NCBI GenBank assembly: GCA_964016885.1 | Contig: OZ024755.1 | Span: 37,572,001 to 37,636,000 of the forward strand | Direction of reading: 5' to 3' | Source of the DNA: Eledone cirrhosa | Lineage: Eukaryota | DNA length: 64,000 nt | Shown here: piece by piece, positions 13,686-26,739 of the stretch | Layout of the letters: each line of letters starts with the position of its first letter | How positions within the stretch are numbered: the stretch's first letter is position 1 | Position numbers and translations under genes: made by a program | The notes under the pieces: model-generated | The model's input: the letters and a program-made list of their open reading frames with translations, nothing else | Told to the model about the DNA's origin: nothing | The model's database searches: none

Positions 13686-13946
13686 AGATACGGCATAACT
13701 ATGAAAGTAAGAAAAGTAACATTTGTTCAGGTACAGGGTTTGTTTATGTCTATCATACTTAAACCAGAGATTTATGTGTATAATAAAGAAACAGTTGTTC
13801 TTTCCAGCATGTTATATTAAAAACTCAATAGTGCTTCACTTTAATTTTTCTTTTTGAGTTCTTTATTTGGTTAAGAACAACAGTGTTCCTAAATGTAGAA
13901 GTTTATTAATGTTTTCAGATCTTCACATCAACATTTTTAGTGTATA

Positions 13947-16900
13947 CTAGACCACCCGTGACCCGTTGGGTCATGTTCACTTAAAAATAATTTTTAAATA
14001 ATTAAAATATACACAAAATGTATATTATGTAAAATGACATTGGAAAGGCAATATATATATATACGTGTATGTGTGTGTGTGTATATACGTGTATATATAT
14101 ATATATATATGTGTGTGTTTTTGTGTGTGTGAGTGTCTGTGGCCTATATACACTGGTCACACACACACACAGACATACATCCTGTCCTAACACAAGTTAT
14201 AAGATACATATAACTTAATATTCAGTCACCAAATACAAGCTAGATACAGTAATGCTGTATTCGATTCTTTGAAGTCACCTGTCATAATTTCATTCAACAA
14301 CACCACCAGCTCTCTCCCCCTCTCTCTCTCTCTCTCTCACAACCACTATCTGCGTTTGTATTCACATTTCAATGGTACCTTACTTTCAAAGTATTTTCCC
14401 ATTATGCGCTGATTTGGCTATTTATAAAGGTACCCGAAAAAAACCCGCGTATCTCGGGAACCCGTGGTCCGATTTACGCGAAACTTGTCTTTTCACTGTA
14501 TTATTCACAAGTATTTTCACAAAGAAAATATCAAATCATTTTTCACTAATAGCTATCCAATCACTCCACTTCAAAATTCTTGTTTCTATATCTCTATGTC
14601 TGCTTGACTGTTTGTTCTGAAATATTTTTCTGCTTAAAAAGTTGCAATGTTAATGAAAAGCTGCTTTATTTACAAAAATTTGAAATAAATTATTCTTACT
14701 TGTTCTCTCTCATGAATTGGAAATCCAAGTACCAAGGCAACAGCTTCTGAAGGACCGATATATCTTCCTGTTAAATACTGTATTATCTCATCTTCCCTGT
14801 TCACTCCAAACATTGCCTGATCACTGCCCTTCATGGTATATTTGATAACGTATTTGATCGATTTCACGGAAGAGCACATCTCTACGTTTAGGTGGCAGTT
14901 GAACAGTTTTAATAGTTTCATATTGTAGGGAGCCACCCATTCCGAAGTTATATTTCGGCTTCCCCTTCCTTCTTGGTGCCCCTCAAATCCTCCCATTCCT
15001 GGAGACCATCTTCTGTACACAAGATAAGAGTCCTCTCCACACAATGTATATTCACTGAAAGGCTTAAGGTACCGCTTACTGCACGTTCCATCTTTCCAAC
15101 ACGGCGAATTGTTAGAGCAATTCGGACCGTGGATCCTGTGCTTCAGCACCAATTCATGACCCTCTGGATCTTTGTTTGGATCTGGTATTTCGGCTTGAAC
15201 AAATTTACCATATTCCTGCAGTCTGGGCTTGGAGGCTTCATTGAGCCATAGCAAACAGTGCACATGAGGAATACCTCGCTTTTGACATTCGACTGTCAGC
15301 ACCTAAGCAATGCACGTGCCAAATAGGTCATCTACTCCAGTAAGATACTTTCTTAACAGTTTCCGCTTCAGGTCAAATACTCTGGCAATTAAATCTGGCC
15401 TGTCATGTGGCTTCTTATTCAGGAATAGGTTTTGCCGGATTTCGGGCCAGTTTGGATTGCATGTCATTGTGATGAAGAACGAAGGATTGCCGTACTTCCG
15501 TATGTACATCATGGCATTCTAGCATCGTTCCATCATATATCTCGGTCCACCGACAAATGTGGAAGAGAGTATGATTCGCCTGCCAATATTGCGAAAATCG
15601 TCATCATTCAATGCGTCAGTAAGGCCCTTGTATGTTGTAGATCGCAATGATGTTTGATTCATTCGGATGTATTGCAGTCTATCTCCTTCAATCTTCGCAG
15701 CCAAATATTGCTGAAATAAACGACCACCTCTGAGAAATTGGTTGAATTCATTCTCATGGTTCATTATTAGATAGGCATAGTAGCGCATTGGCAACACCTT
15801 CTTGTTGTTGCTCTTTAACAGCTCATGATGCCATCCGTCATCGCCAAAAGGAAAAAATAGAACATACTGCAAACTGTCATAGGACCGATGGGACTGAGAT
15901 TATTTGCAATTGTCCGCCTTTTTCTTTCAACACAGTGTGCCGTGCTTTTGCTTGAAGTTCGGTGCTGTTTTGTATAATAACGGCAACTTCGTTTGCAGTT
16001 TGTGCATTGAATCTTCTCTCATGTTCCATTGTTGGTCTCCTATCAGGATCAATAATAATCGAAGCTTCAGGAATATTTTTAATTTGTTCTTTTGCCATTC
16101 GAAATGAAGCAACGTAAAGGTTATATTGTCTGAGTATTATTTCCAATAATTCAACTATGTCGCGCTGAATGCCATCATTATGGAGTATCCTGATCCTCAA
16201 ATCAACACTATCCTGAGGATCCAAGAAGTAAATTTGAAGAAATTTGGGTTGTTCGTTGGGATTAGGGGTTAAGGAACTGGTGTAATGGTGAATTTGACCA
16301 TGAATAACGATAGAAGGATTCCATCCACTCCTTGAGGAACGAACTTCTTCGGCCTCAAAAGATGTCATTTGGAAGAGGCAGTTATATTGTCTGAGATCCT
16401 TCCTGAACTCGTTTGCCCTAGGTTGATCAGTACTAAATAAACTGTGAAGTTCCTGGGGTAAAGGCTGCAGATTCCCCAACCTGACTTTTCCATTCATACA
16501 GCAAAAGTTAGCAGTTTCTCCATGAAAAAGCATTGCATGACAACAGACACAGATCTTATTCATCTGTCCAACATCAGTAGAGAGGTCACGTCGTTGAACT
16601 GTCCTTGCTCTATCCCTAATGGTTTGTTGGCAAAGACGCACAGCTCTCCGACCATCCGATTCATGATTTCTCCTTCTTCTGTCTCTTTCTCTCTGTTCCG
16701 CCAGACGCGCAGCCCTTGCTTTATCAGTCTCATCGATCCTTCTATTCGCATGCCTGTCCCAATCTTGTTGGCGTTGACCACTATCTTGCTCACCTTCTTC
16801 GGCTCTCCTTAGCCGTGCTTTCTTTCCACTATCGATAGACCAACCAGATGTTTTCTTTCTTCCTCGTCGAGGCATTATTTAAGAATAATCGTATTCACCT

Positions 16901-18452
16901 TAGAAATATTTCTAAATAATTGTTTCTACTTTTGGCACAAGGCCAGCAATTACCCAGTGCATTACTGGTACTTTATTTTATCGACCTCGTAAGGATGAAA
17001 GGCAAAGTTAACCTCGGCGGGATTTGAACTCAGTGCGTAAAGGAACGTCACTATGCTGCAAAGCATGGCGTCCGACCCTCTACCGATACTGCCAATCCGC
17101 CGCCGAAATATTTCTAAATAATGAAAGTATAGTCTGTTTAAACAACTCGTATTTTTCAAATCATATTCACTTAAAAAATACTTAATAATAATTAAAATAT
17201 TCTGTTTAAAGAAAGCTGAAATATATATACTCAGTGTACAAATAATTTGTATTTTTTAAGTTATTTTCACTTAAGAATATTTTTTCCATCGTATTCACTT
17301 GAAAATAATTTTTTAAAAATGAAGATATTGTCTATGTAAATAAAGCTATTTGTGAAATCAAATTCACTTTAAAATATTTCTAAATAATTGAAATATTCTT
17401 TTTAACAAAAGCAAAAATTTAAACACCTACTGTTTAACACCAACTGGTATTTTTCAGTGATATTCACTTAATGCTATTCTGACAATTAAAATATCGTCTG
17501 TTTAAAGAAAGCTCAAATATAGATACTTGAAGTACAAACAACTTGTAGTTTTGAAATCATATTCACTGAGAAATCACTGAAAAATCTCTTTTTAATAATT
17601 ATTAAAAATATTTTTCGAATGATGAAAATAGTTTATGTTGATTTACGTCAAACTTGTTTTATCCCCATTTCAGGATTATGTCACTTACAGGGCTATTTCT
17701 CCATTATGCACCGGTTTGGCTAATTACGAAGGTATCCTACACATACACACACACACACAAATATATATATATATGTCTCTAACTTAAGTACTGTTACACA
17801 CACACATATCTCTCTAAGTATGTAAACACATGCACTGGCACACATACATACAGATACACACGGTGGCAGTAGCACTGTGAAAGAGGGAGAAAGAAATCAC
17901 GTTATGGATAGGGGGGAGAGTTAGAATAAATAAAAGTTAAGGACGCTGTCTCTTTCCTTATCTGTCACCCCCCTCTCTTTCTCTCATCTCTTTATTCTTT
18001 CTCTCTCACCCCTCTGTCTCTCTTACTTACAGAATGGACAACCAAAAAACAAATGGATTATTTCTTTCGATATTCATTATAAAATAAGATAATTTGAATT
18101 TAGATGAATTCCTTGGTATTTTTGGAAAATTGAAAATATTGTCCATGTCCGATTTACTCCAAACTTGTTTTATCCAGAGTATTTTATTATTATACAATGT
18201 TTTGACTATTTACGAAGTTTTGTAGTTAATTTCGGGGTATTTTCCCAGTATGCACCGTTGTGACTATTTACGAAGGTACCCCCAAAACCCGTGAACCCGG
18301 GGTCAGATTTTCGCGAAACTTGTTTTATTCAATTTGTATTCCCATTTCAGAGGCAACTTGCTTTCAAAGTATTTACCCATTATGCGCCCTTTTGGTTGTA
18401 TTACATAAAAGACAAGCAAGCACGCAAGATCAGAGTTTTAGTAGTATATAGA
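13947..18452 (-). mobile_element. Helitron with both termini, internally deleted (no helicase)
   Basis: Minus-strand 5' end is A|TCTATATACTACTAAAA (18452; 18456 is an alternative). The 3' end has the hairpin CATGACCC-AAC-GGGTCACG (13975-13957) then CTAG|T (13950-13947). Inserted between A and T with no TSD. RepHel-like ORFs lie inside. Confidence 0.9.
14700..16875 (-). pseudogene. Helitron RepHel N-terminal and Rep (HUH) region, disrupted by a frameshift and two stops
   Basis: ORFs 15877-16875, 15519-15872, 15303-15512 and 14670-15302. They carry ET..R..RL..QR repeats, the Zn finger C..C.A..F.GE....CC..GKV, YN..FQMTSF, GRLFQQY, FVGGPRYM, YGNPSFFITMTCNPNWPEI, DRPDL.ARVF, E.QKRG.PHVH (HUH) and KYVIKY..KG (catalytic Tyr). 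Confidence 0.93.
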
Positions 18453-19619
18453 TAGATAAATATCTATATATATATGGTTATACTTTGGGAGGGTCATGAC
18501 CCTCCCAAAGTATAACAATATCGGTTTCAACACACGATTTCAGATAAAGAATCTTGCTAAACAAATTCAGAAACGAAATATATATATATGTATATACATA
18601 TATATATATATAAAGGTGCAGAGCACTAGAAGTCGATGGAAGCCGCGGAGTGGGGAGACCCAAGAAGACCTAGGATGAGGTGATAAAAGCCAACCTTACC
18701 CAATTGCACCTCTCAAAGGCGATGACACACGACCGTGACCTCTGGCGTCACGCAGTAACACAGAAGACCTGACCCCCCCACCCCCCACGGGTACAAGCCG
18801 AACCTGAAGCATATAGACAATATGCCCCCACTGTAAAGTAGGCGCCATGGTAAAAAAGCATCCACTACTCACTGTAAATAAGGTTGGTGTTAGGAAGGGC
18901 ATCCGGCTGTAGAAATCAAGCCAGAATCAGTTTCCATATGAGCAAGCCAAGGTCAGCCAACTGGACACTGCCCACAACAGGACAACCCGTCTAACCCATG
19001 CTAGCGTGGAAGAATGGACGTAAAACGGTGATGATGATATATATATATAGAGAGAGAGAGACACATACATATGTATGTGTATGTGTGTGAAAAGTAAACA
19101 GATAAACAACTCAACAAAACGATACAGTACAATGAAAAGATATATATATATCAGTTTAACATTTGATAAAGTAGGAAAAGAGTCAATGTTTTGGATGTTA
19201 GTCTTTCACCAGAAGATAGAACAAGAAACAAGAGAACAAATAGAAAGATAGACAAGAGGAAGAAATGGAAAACATTTGTTTTTGGAGAGAGAAAACATGT
19301 GTGTTCTGTTAGCCATTTTATATATGCAATCTTCCTAGATGCTAAACTCCGCCAGTTGCAGATATCTCTCTCCACAAAGTTTGATCACCAACAGCAGAGT
19401 GCAAAGAGCAAAGATCAAGTCCAGTCCATAAATTGACATTGTCAAGCCATCGTTTTGGCTGCCGGACTCTGCTTGTTATCAGCCAACCTTCCTTCCAGGA
19501 ATATATAATTGTTTCTACTTTTAGCACAAGGCCAGCAGTTATCCCAGTGTATTACTGGTACTTTATTTTATCGACCTCGTAAGGATGAAAGGCAAAGTTA
19601 ACCTCAGCGGGATTTGAAC

Positions 19620-20000
19620 TCAGGCCAACCTTCCTTGTAGATATAACCTACTCACACCGCGAGTTGATCTTTTTATATGACCGTATAGTTTGAGTACTCT
19701 TGACTTGACAATTAATGTAATTGGTCTAAGTTTGGTAATATTGAGCAGCTTACTGATACAGATATGGTCGCTGAGCCGCTTGCAAGTCTCATGATGTGGT
19801 TCTGAAATGTAGAGAGCTTCTGAAGTGACCTTGTCGTCCAATTAACACAGTCAAGACCATATAACACAACTGGTAGGGTGTAAGTATTGAAGATCTTAGC
19901 CTTCAAATGATAGGAAACTCGCTTTGATGTTAGTACTTCCTTGTTCTTGTTGAAAGTTCTTGTTATATGCAATACGAGTCAATATATCTGAGGTAGCCCA
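19620..20000 (-). mobile_element. RTE-like LINE C-terminal fragment
   Basis: K.KIFNTY.LPVVLYG..., R.LKLYGHIKR motifs. Confidence 0.6.
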
Positions 20001-20533
20001 ATCAACATTCTAGGTATTGTAGAGTGGCAATAATTAACTTGATTTCGAATGAGCTGGGAACAGAATACATAGACATCATCATCACCGTTTCACGTCCATT
20101 CTTCCATGCTAGCATGGATTAACTGGATGCCCTTCCTAACACCAACCTCATTTACAATGAGTACTGGGTGCTTTTTACCATGGCTGCTACACGACCACTT
20201 TACAGTGTGGACTGGGTGCTTTTTTGTCGTGACAGCTCCACGACCACTTTACAGTGGGAGGGGGTGGCAGCTCATTGTCTCGTAGACAGCTTGTAGAATT
20301 CAAATTGAAAATAATACACACACAGAGTGACAGTGACAGTGACACTATCACTGGAAGAGAACCAGAAAGTGGCCAAAGGTGAGATAGCGCAATGATCTGA
20401 CATGAAACCTTAGCCCCACATGGCCAGAGATAGGAATAGGTCAACCAAGGAAGGACTTCCTCCAACAGGAGTAAGAAGTCCCTGGATTGTGGATATATAC
20501 ATATATATACGGAAGGTATATGGAAGATATATG

Positions 20534-20652
20534 GAAGGCGTGTGGCTGAGTGGTTAGAGTATTGGATTCACAATCGTGAGGTTGTGAGTTCGATTCCTGG
20601 ACCAGGCGATGCGTTATGTCCTTGAGCAAGACACTTTATTTCACGTTGCTCC
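20534..20652 (+). mobile_element. tRNA-derived SINE family B (representative copy)
   Basis: TGGCTGAGTGG A box, GAGTTCGATTCC B box, then TGTCCTTGAGCAAGACACTTTA. Minus-strand copies at about 25455-25700, 51035-51177 and 60800-60977. Confidence 0.8.
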
Positions 20653-20805
20653 TTCTACCTGGAGTTGCGACCGATAGATAGTATTAGCAATTGGAAAGAC
20701 CAACGGAAGCATAGTTTCCTCGGTCCGATTTGATTAAAAGTCGATCGACTAGATATATATATACAATATATTAATAAATGGAAACTATATTTATAAAACC
20801 ATATT

Positions 20806-20871
20806 TATTTTATTATACATATTTCAAGGGCAACCAAGGCAAATTATGGTGCACTTTCATCAGATAAAATA
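20806..20871 (-). ncRNA. Type I hammerhead ribozyme (intact core)
   Basis: Minus strand: TATTTTAT CTGATGA AAG T GCACC loop GGTTGC C CTT GAAA TATGTA TA ATAAAATA. Stem I is a perfect 8 bp. Confidence 0.8.
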
Positions 20872-20974
20872 GAGATTTGTTTTATAAATAAATATTGACA
20901 TACCCGGAAAAAAAGACAACCTTAACGCTTGGAGCCTCCTGGGTATGTCAATATTTATTTATAAAACAAATCTG

Positions 20975-21040
20975 TATTTTATCTGATAAAAGCGTACCAT
21001 AATTTTCCTTGGTTGCCCTTGAAATATGTATAATAAAATA
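20975..21040 (+). ncRNA. Type I hammerhead, mirror copy with G8>A core mutation
   Basis: TATTTTAT CTGATAA AAG C GTACC loop GGTTGC C CTT GAAA TATGTA TA ATAAAATA. Confidence 0.7.
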
Positions 21041-21189
21041 AATATGGATTTATAAATATAGTTTCTATTTATTAATATAGTGTATTTACTCCACTAAACT
21101 GTTGAGTGCTTTATATCAGTTATAAAAATGTTTAAGCTTGTTGAATCCCAACAAATTAAATATAACCTCTGCATATATATATATACAAC

Positions 21190-21922
21190 CCTGAGCACCT
21201 TTTTGAATTTCCATGCGTCTAACACACGTGGGCATGCCTACAAAGTCAGAAAACAGTACAGCTCCCATAACTTTCCGCAACATTTTTTCATCTCAGAGTT
21301 GTTGAAGCATGGAACAAACTACCTGCATCAGTTGTTAGCTGTCGAGACACTGCGTCCTTTAAAACCTCCATGGAACAAACTACCTGCATCAGTTGTTAGA
21401 TGTCAAGACACTGCGTCCTTTAAAACCTCCATGGAACAAACCAACTGCATCAGTTGTTAGCTGTCGAGACACTGCGTCCTTTAAAACCTCCATGGAACAA
21501 ACTACCTGCATCAGTTGTTAGCTGTCGAGACACTGCGTCCTTTAAAACCTCCATGGAACAAACTACCTGCATCAGTTGTTAGCTGTCGAGACACTGCGTC
21601 CTTTAAAACCTCCATGGAACAAACTACCTGCATCAGTTGTTAGCTGTCGAGACACTGCGTCCTTTAAAACCTCCATGGAACAAACTACCTGCATCAGTTG
21701 TTAGCTGTCAAGACACTGCGTCCTTTAAAACCTCCATGCTTCCTGAGATTTGCCAACATTACACCTGAAATCCCCCCCTCCATACACACGCACACATGTA
21801 TTTCATGACTCATACACTGTTCACTTTCCTGACATTTGAACATTATTCTATGTACTTTACATGCACCTTTGATGAGTTGTAGTGCACCTGAGCACTGTAC
21901 ACAATAATTTCATTATTATTAT
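21190..21922 (+). mobile_element. CR1-like LINE 3' end with an internal 60-bp tandem array (about 7 copies, 21308-21738) and (ATT)n tail
   Basis: TRGHAYKV...FF..RVV..WNKLP..VV C-terminus. An unexpanded relative lies at 35640-36045. Confidence 0.8.
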
Positions 21923-22809
21923 ATGTATGTCTGCACACACACATATAAATACATATATGTATATAGGTAAAAAGTAAACAAAAATAACAAAGCAAACAAC
22001 ATAGTACATTGGAGAAATATATTAGTTTAACACTTGAAATAACAGGAAAAGAGTCTTAACGTTTCAGACACTAGTCCTTCCTCATAAAGAGTGAGAAGAG
22101 GAAAGAAAAGAAAAAATTGAGAAAAAAACACATGTGCATATTTAGTCAGGCATAAAGTTTAGTATATTTATTTAACATTATTTGAACAATTTATAATGGT
22201 CTCCTCCCCTTCTCCAGCTTCTTCTTTACTAGAGCACACACAAGGCCATATATATATTTTTTAAAGGAGTAAATGGAAAGAAAAGAAGGAGGAGGGAAAA
22301 TGTTAAGTTGGTGTGGTCATGCCTTTCCAAAGTGCATCAGTATAATTTTTAAAATTTTGTAAATGGATGTGATAGGGCTTGAACTGAAAATCAAAGCTGG
22401 GTTGTGGTATCAGCTTATTAGGAAGATGACCACTTTTGCCTTGACCCCTTGCCTGTCACTGAACAGTTATTTTTTATTCAGTCATTAGACTGTGGTCATG
22501 CTGGGTCACTGTCTCAAAAGGATTTAGTTGATCATAATGACCTCAGTACTTATTTTTTCAAGTTTGGTACTTATTTTATCAATCTCTGTTTGTCAAACTG
22601 CTAAGTTACAAGGCATAAACAGTGAAAGTAAACACAAAAGTTATGAGAAACATAAACAAACAAGGACAAAGATATAAATACATATGAGAAGCTTTTGTGC
22701 AGGTTCCATCTAGCTGACTGACAAGGCATTGGTGAAGCCACGGTTATAACAGGGGACGCCTAGTGTCCCACAATGTGATTGAACATGAAACATGTGGTTG
22801 CAAGGTAAA

Positions 22810-23387
22810 CTCCTCAACCACACAGCCATCCCTGTACCTCCACAGAGATAAAGAGAACCCCTCAACAACACAGCCATCCCTGTACCTCCACAGAGACAAA
22901 GAGAACCCCCTCAACCACCCCTGTACCTCCACAGAGGCAAAGAGAACCCCGCAACCACACAGCCATTCCTGTACCTCCACAGAGGCAAAGAGAACCCCTC
23001 AACAACACAGCCATCCCTGTACCTCAACAGAGACAAAGAGAACCCCTCAACCACACAACCATCCCTGTACCTCAACAGAGACAAAGAGAACCCCCTCAAC
23101 CACACAACCATCCCTGTACCCCCACAGAGACAAAGAGAACCCCCTCAACCACACAACCATCCCTGTACCTCCACAGAGGCAAAGAAAACCCCTCAACCAC
23201 ACAATCATCCCTGTACCTCCACAGAGGCAAAGAAAACCCCCCAACCACCCCTGTACCTCCACAGAGACAAAGAGAACCCCTCAACCACCCCTGTACCTCC
23301 ACAGAGGCAAAGAGAACCCCTCAACCACACAACCATCCCTGTACCTCCACAGAGGCAAAGAGAACCCCTCAACCACACAGCCATTTC
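22810..23387. repeat. About 48-bp minisatellite (CCTCAACCACACAGCCATCCCTGTACCTCCACAGAGGCAAAGAGAACC) grown from the 5' head of a minus-strand SINE-like element
   Basis: About 12 variable units, continuous with tRNA-like head sequence at 22770-22830. Confidence 0.8.
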
Positions 23388-23495
23388 TTGACCTAAATGT
23401 TGCAGGAGTGCAGGTTGGCATTTGGTTTAGAGTGGTTGCTAAGTGTTTTGTTGACTGCTTGGAGCAATAATGGTCTTATTTATATGTATATATAT

Positions 23496-23690
23496 ATAGG
23501 AACAAGTAAGACCCCGACGGCTGAGCTCAAGCCGTTTCGACGGCTAATTCTGGACTGAATTAGCCGTCGAAACGGCTTGAGCTCAGCCGTCGGGATCTTA
23601 CTTGTTCCTATTACCCACTCTACTACCCTAAGTATTGAGTACTTTGGTGCGTTATGGTCCACCTGGTTCCTTACCACATTTCCTTCGTTA
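23496..23690 (+). mobile_element. Same hairpin element; near-perfect 116-bp palindrome at 23496-23611
   Basis: Arms are centred on GAATTC/tggact/GAATT. Flanked by (TA)n. Confidence 0.8.
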
Positions 23691-23700
23691 TATATATATA

Positions 23701-24070
23701 TAGCAAAAGAATGAATAACATGGTCAGCTGTACAATAGGGTTTATTTACAGTATTAACAATTGTTTCATTAGTCCGGTGTCTAAAAGTCACTGATTGTTA
23801 GAAGATACGTCACTCGACCGTAATTAGTTGATACCTGACCAAATCATCAGAATACTGATATGTGTACATGTATCTATAAATACTAGCGCACTGTATAATG
23901 TACACATATCAGTGTTCTGACTTCATCAGGTATTGACTGTAATTAAGGTCGAGTGACGTAACTTCTAACGATCAGCAACTTTTAGACACACCTGAATAAA
24001 GAAACAATTGTTAATACTTAAATAAACCCTATTATACAGCCGACCATGTTATTCTTCATTCTTTTACTAT
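23701..24070. mobile_element. Long imperfect palindrome (arms about 170 bp) carrying a hammerhead
   Basis: 23701-23869 is the reverse complement of about 23898-24070. Starts at a (TA)n tract. Confidence 0.7.
23749..23857 (-). ncRNA. Type I hammerhead ribozyme with about 60-nt loop 2
   Basis: Minus strand: CAGTATT CTGATGA T TTGGTC ... GACTAA T GAAA CAATTG TT AATACTG. Stem I is a perfect 7 bp and stem III is palindromic. Confidence 0.75.
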
Positions 24071-25703
24071 TATTACTCCAAGAACCGCTTACCTAGGAAC
24101 TTTCTTAAACCAGCCACCCAAGTAAGGAAACGTCTTGTTGAGTCAAACAACGCCGAACGTTAAAACTATCCTCGATACAGAGCACTCACAACCTCTAGCT
24201 GGATTACCTTAAATGATACCTTGTTATCCTATATCATCATCAACGTTTAACGTCCGTGTTCTACGCTTGCATGGGTTTGGACGGGGGTTTTCCCACTTGA
24301 GGCAAGAGTGATTGTCTTGCTCGCATAGGACTGTCTGGCAGGTTTTCTACAGTTGGATGCCCTTCCTAACACCAACCACATTTAAAGTATATATATATAT
24401 ATACTGTGTTCAGTAGAAGTTGTTTTGGTAAAAACAGGAGCAAGCAGGAGAAAGCTCTCTACATTCGTAGTTTGTAGTTACAATGGAGATTCAGTATAAG
24501 AATAACATTAAGAAAGATGCTGATGTTACATAACAATTTATGTAACATCAACAGTTTTCTTAATGTTATTCTTATATATATTAATTATAATTGTTTCTAC
24601 TTTTGGCACAAGGCCAGCAATTATCCCAGTGCATTACTGGTACTTTATTTTATCGACCCCGTAAGGATGAAAGGCAAAGTTAACCTCGACGGGATTTGAA
24701 CTCAAACCGCAAAGGGCCGTAACTCTATGCTGCAAAGCATGGCGTCCGATCCTCTACCGATACTGCCAATCCAATAATAATAAAAAGGATGAAGTGTTGG
24801 ATTTCATTACATTTATTGAGGTGTGACACCTCAAACTGTATCGATCTGGCCTGACTCTGGAATCACAAGCTACTTCTTATAAGGAGAAAGAAATGAATAG
24901 TCAATTGAGTTGAATAAAATTATATTATTATTGTTGGTATTTATGTGTATTTCAAGAGTATTGGAAGAATGGGGAGCAATGCAACACTTGAATTCAGAAT
25001 GGAGAGGAATGAAGCTAAAGATTCTAATGTACAGTTTTGCAACCATTTTTTGGTCCTCTTTACCTCATGATAATGTTTCAAAAGTAAATTTACCCCTATT
25101 GTGTTTTGTTCAGTAATTTTAGTTTACACCTCTACCATAACACAGCAACTGACAAGGTAGGGGCATTTTAAAATACTGTTTTTAATATTATCATTATGTT
25201 AGGTTGAAATAACAACACAACATACGTTAACCTTGGTCTTCCTCTTCCAGTGTGTCCATGCAGGGGCTCTCCACAGGAGCACTGAGTGCAATGTCAACTC
25301 CGGATGTCGGTGAGCATGTCCAGCCAACCTCAGTCTCTTCTGTGTCACTTTTGAGCTGACTTTTGGGAGGTTCCCATACAGCTCTGAGTTTTTCATCCTC
25401 AGTGTATACTGATTAATGTTCAGAGCCATCCTCAGCATGGAATTTGTACCTAGAAAGTACCTCTCCGAACACAAGTTCAGGCAAGGTTATTTGTGGAAGA
25501 CTGGCAGTCACTATACACACCAGTCTCCCCTCTCCATGCCGCTAATGTTGTCCAAGGGAAAGGCGATGGCCAATACAGCTTGGCACTGAATGAACTTGAG
25601 CAACATAAAATAAAGTGTCTTGTTCAAGGACAACGCATCAACTGGTCCGAGAATCAAATTCACAACCTCCTGATTGCAAGCCACTAAGCCATGCAACTTC
25701 ATG

Positions 25704-25737
<34 letters not shown>

Positions 25738-26739
25738 TATATATATCTATATACTTACACTATATGTATGCCTGTATGTATGTATATCTCTTCAAGTAAT
25801 ATGAAGAAAAAGAGTGAAATTTGGAATCAAAATGACAAAATCTTTGACAATCACCAGAAATATATATAATAATAATAAAAAACACTCTTCCTGAACCAAT
25901 GACAATATCGTACCAAACTCCCAAAATGTTCCTTCTAAATATCTTTACACTCGACATAAAATGTTTTTAATCTATTAATCTTAATTTTATTGAATGTCAT
26001 CACTGGATTACTGAGCACAGCTCTGTGGATCTTGGGTACGTGAAGTGTGGCTTTTGGTATTGTTGTTTCTATTGTATTACGAGTACTCTTTATACAGTGT
26101 CTAGTAGTGCTATGTTATGTATGCTGTATATATTTGAAAGTCCTAGGGTCTTGGTTGTATATCTGTCTCTGTGTTTCTTTTCTTATCATTTCCAGAACAC
26201 CTAAGGGATTGTTTATGTTTCCATCATCTATATTTGAGTTATTTCTATCTCTATATCTTTATATTTGGAGAGTTTCTCCATTTCCTTGGTAGATATATTG
26301 TCACTTGTGGTGACTGGTGTCATCATCATTACTATTATTATTATTATTATTATTATTATAATTATTATTTATTATTATATTTTTTGACTTGTATAAATAT
26401 ATCTTGTTGTTGATTCTTTTTATAGATTTTTCTCTACAATAATGGCAGTGCCCCAGCATGGCCACAGCTAATGGGCTGGAACAGGTAAAAAGAGTAAAAG
26501 AGTAAAAAGGATAATAATAAAAATATATGAAGTTATTCTTGTTAAATGGCAAGACATGTTTTGTAGAAGCAAGACAAATAGATAAATGGTATTATGGTAT
26601 GTTCATGGTGATTATTACATGGAGGAGGAGGAAGAGGAAAAGAGGATAATGACATCAACCACAATCTTGCTGGTTGAAAGAAAAATTGCATCATGTTTGA
26701 AAACTGGGCAATATTTGTTTTAATAGTCTGAAAACAGGC

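Larger units (their letters stand above)
20762..21085. mobile_element. Palindromic (inverted pseudo-LTR-like) element with a hammerhead in each arm
   Basis: Arms about 20762-20908 and 20938-21085 are reverse complements. Same family as 43775-43920. Confidence 0.75.

Noticed and set aside
20534-20610. tRNA genes
   Set aside because: A and B boxes are present but there is no cloverleaf. These are SINE heads.
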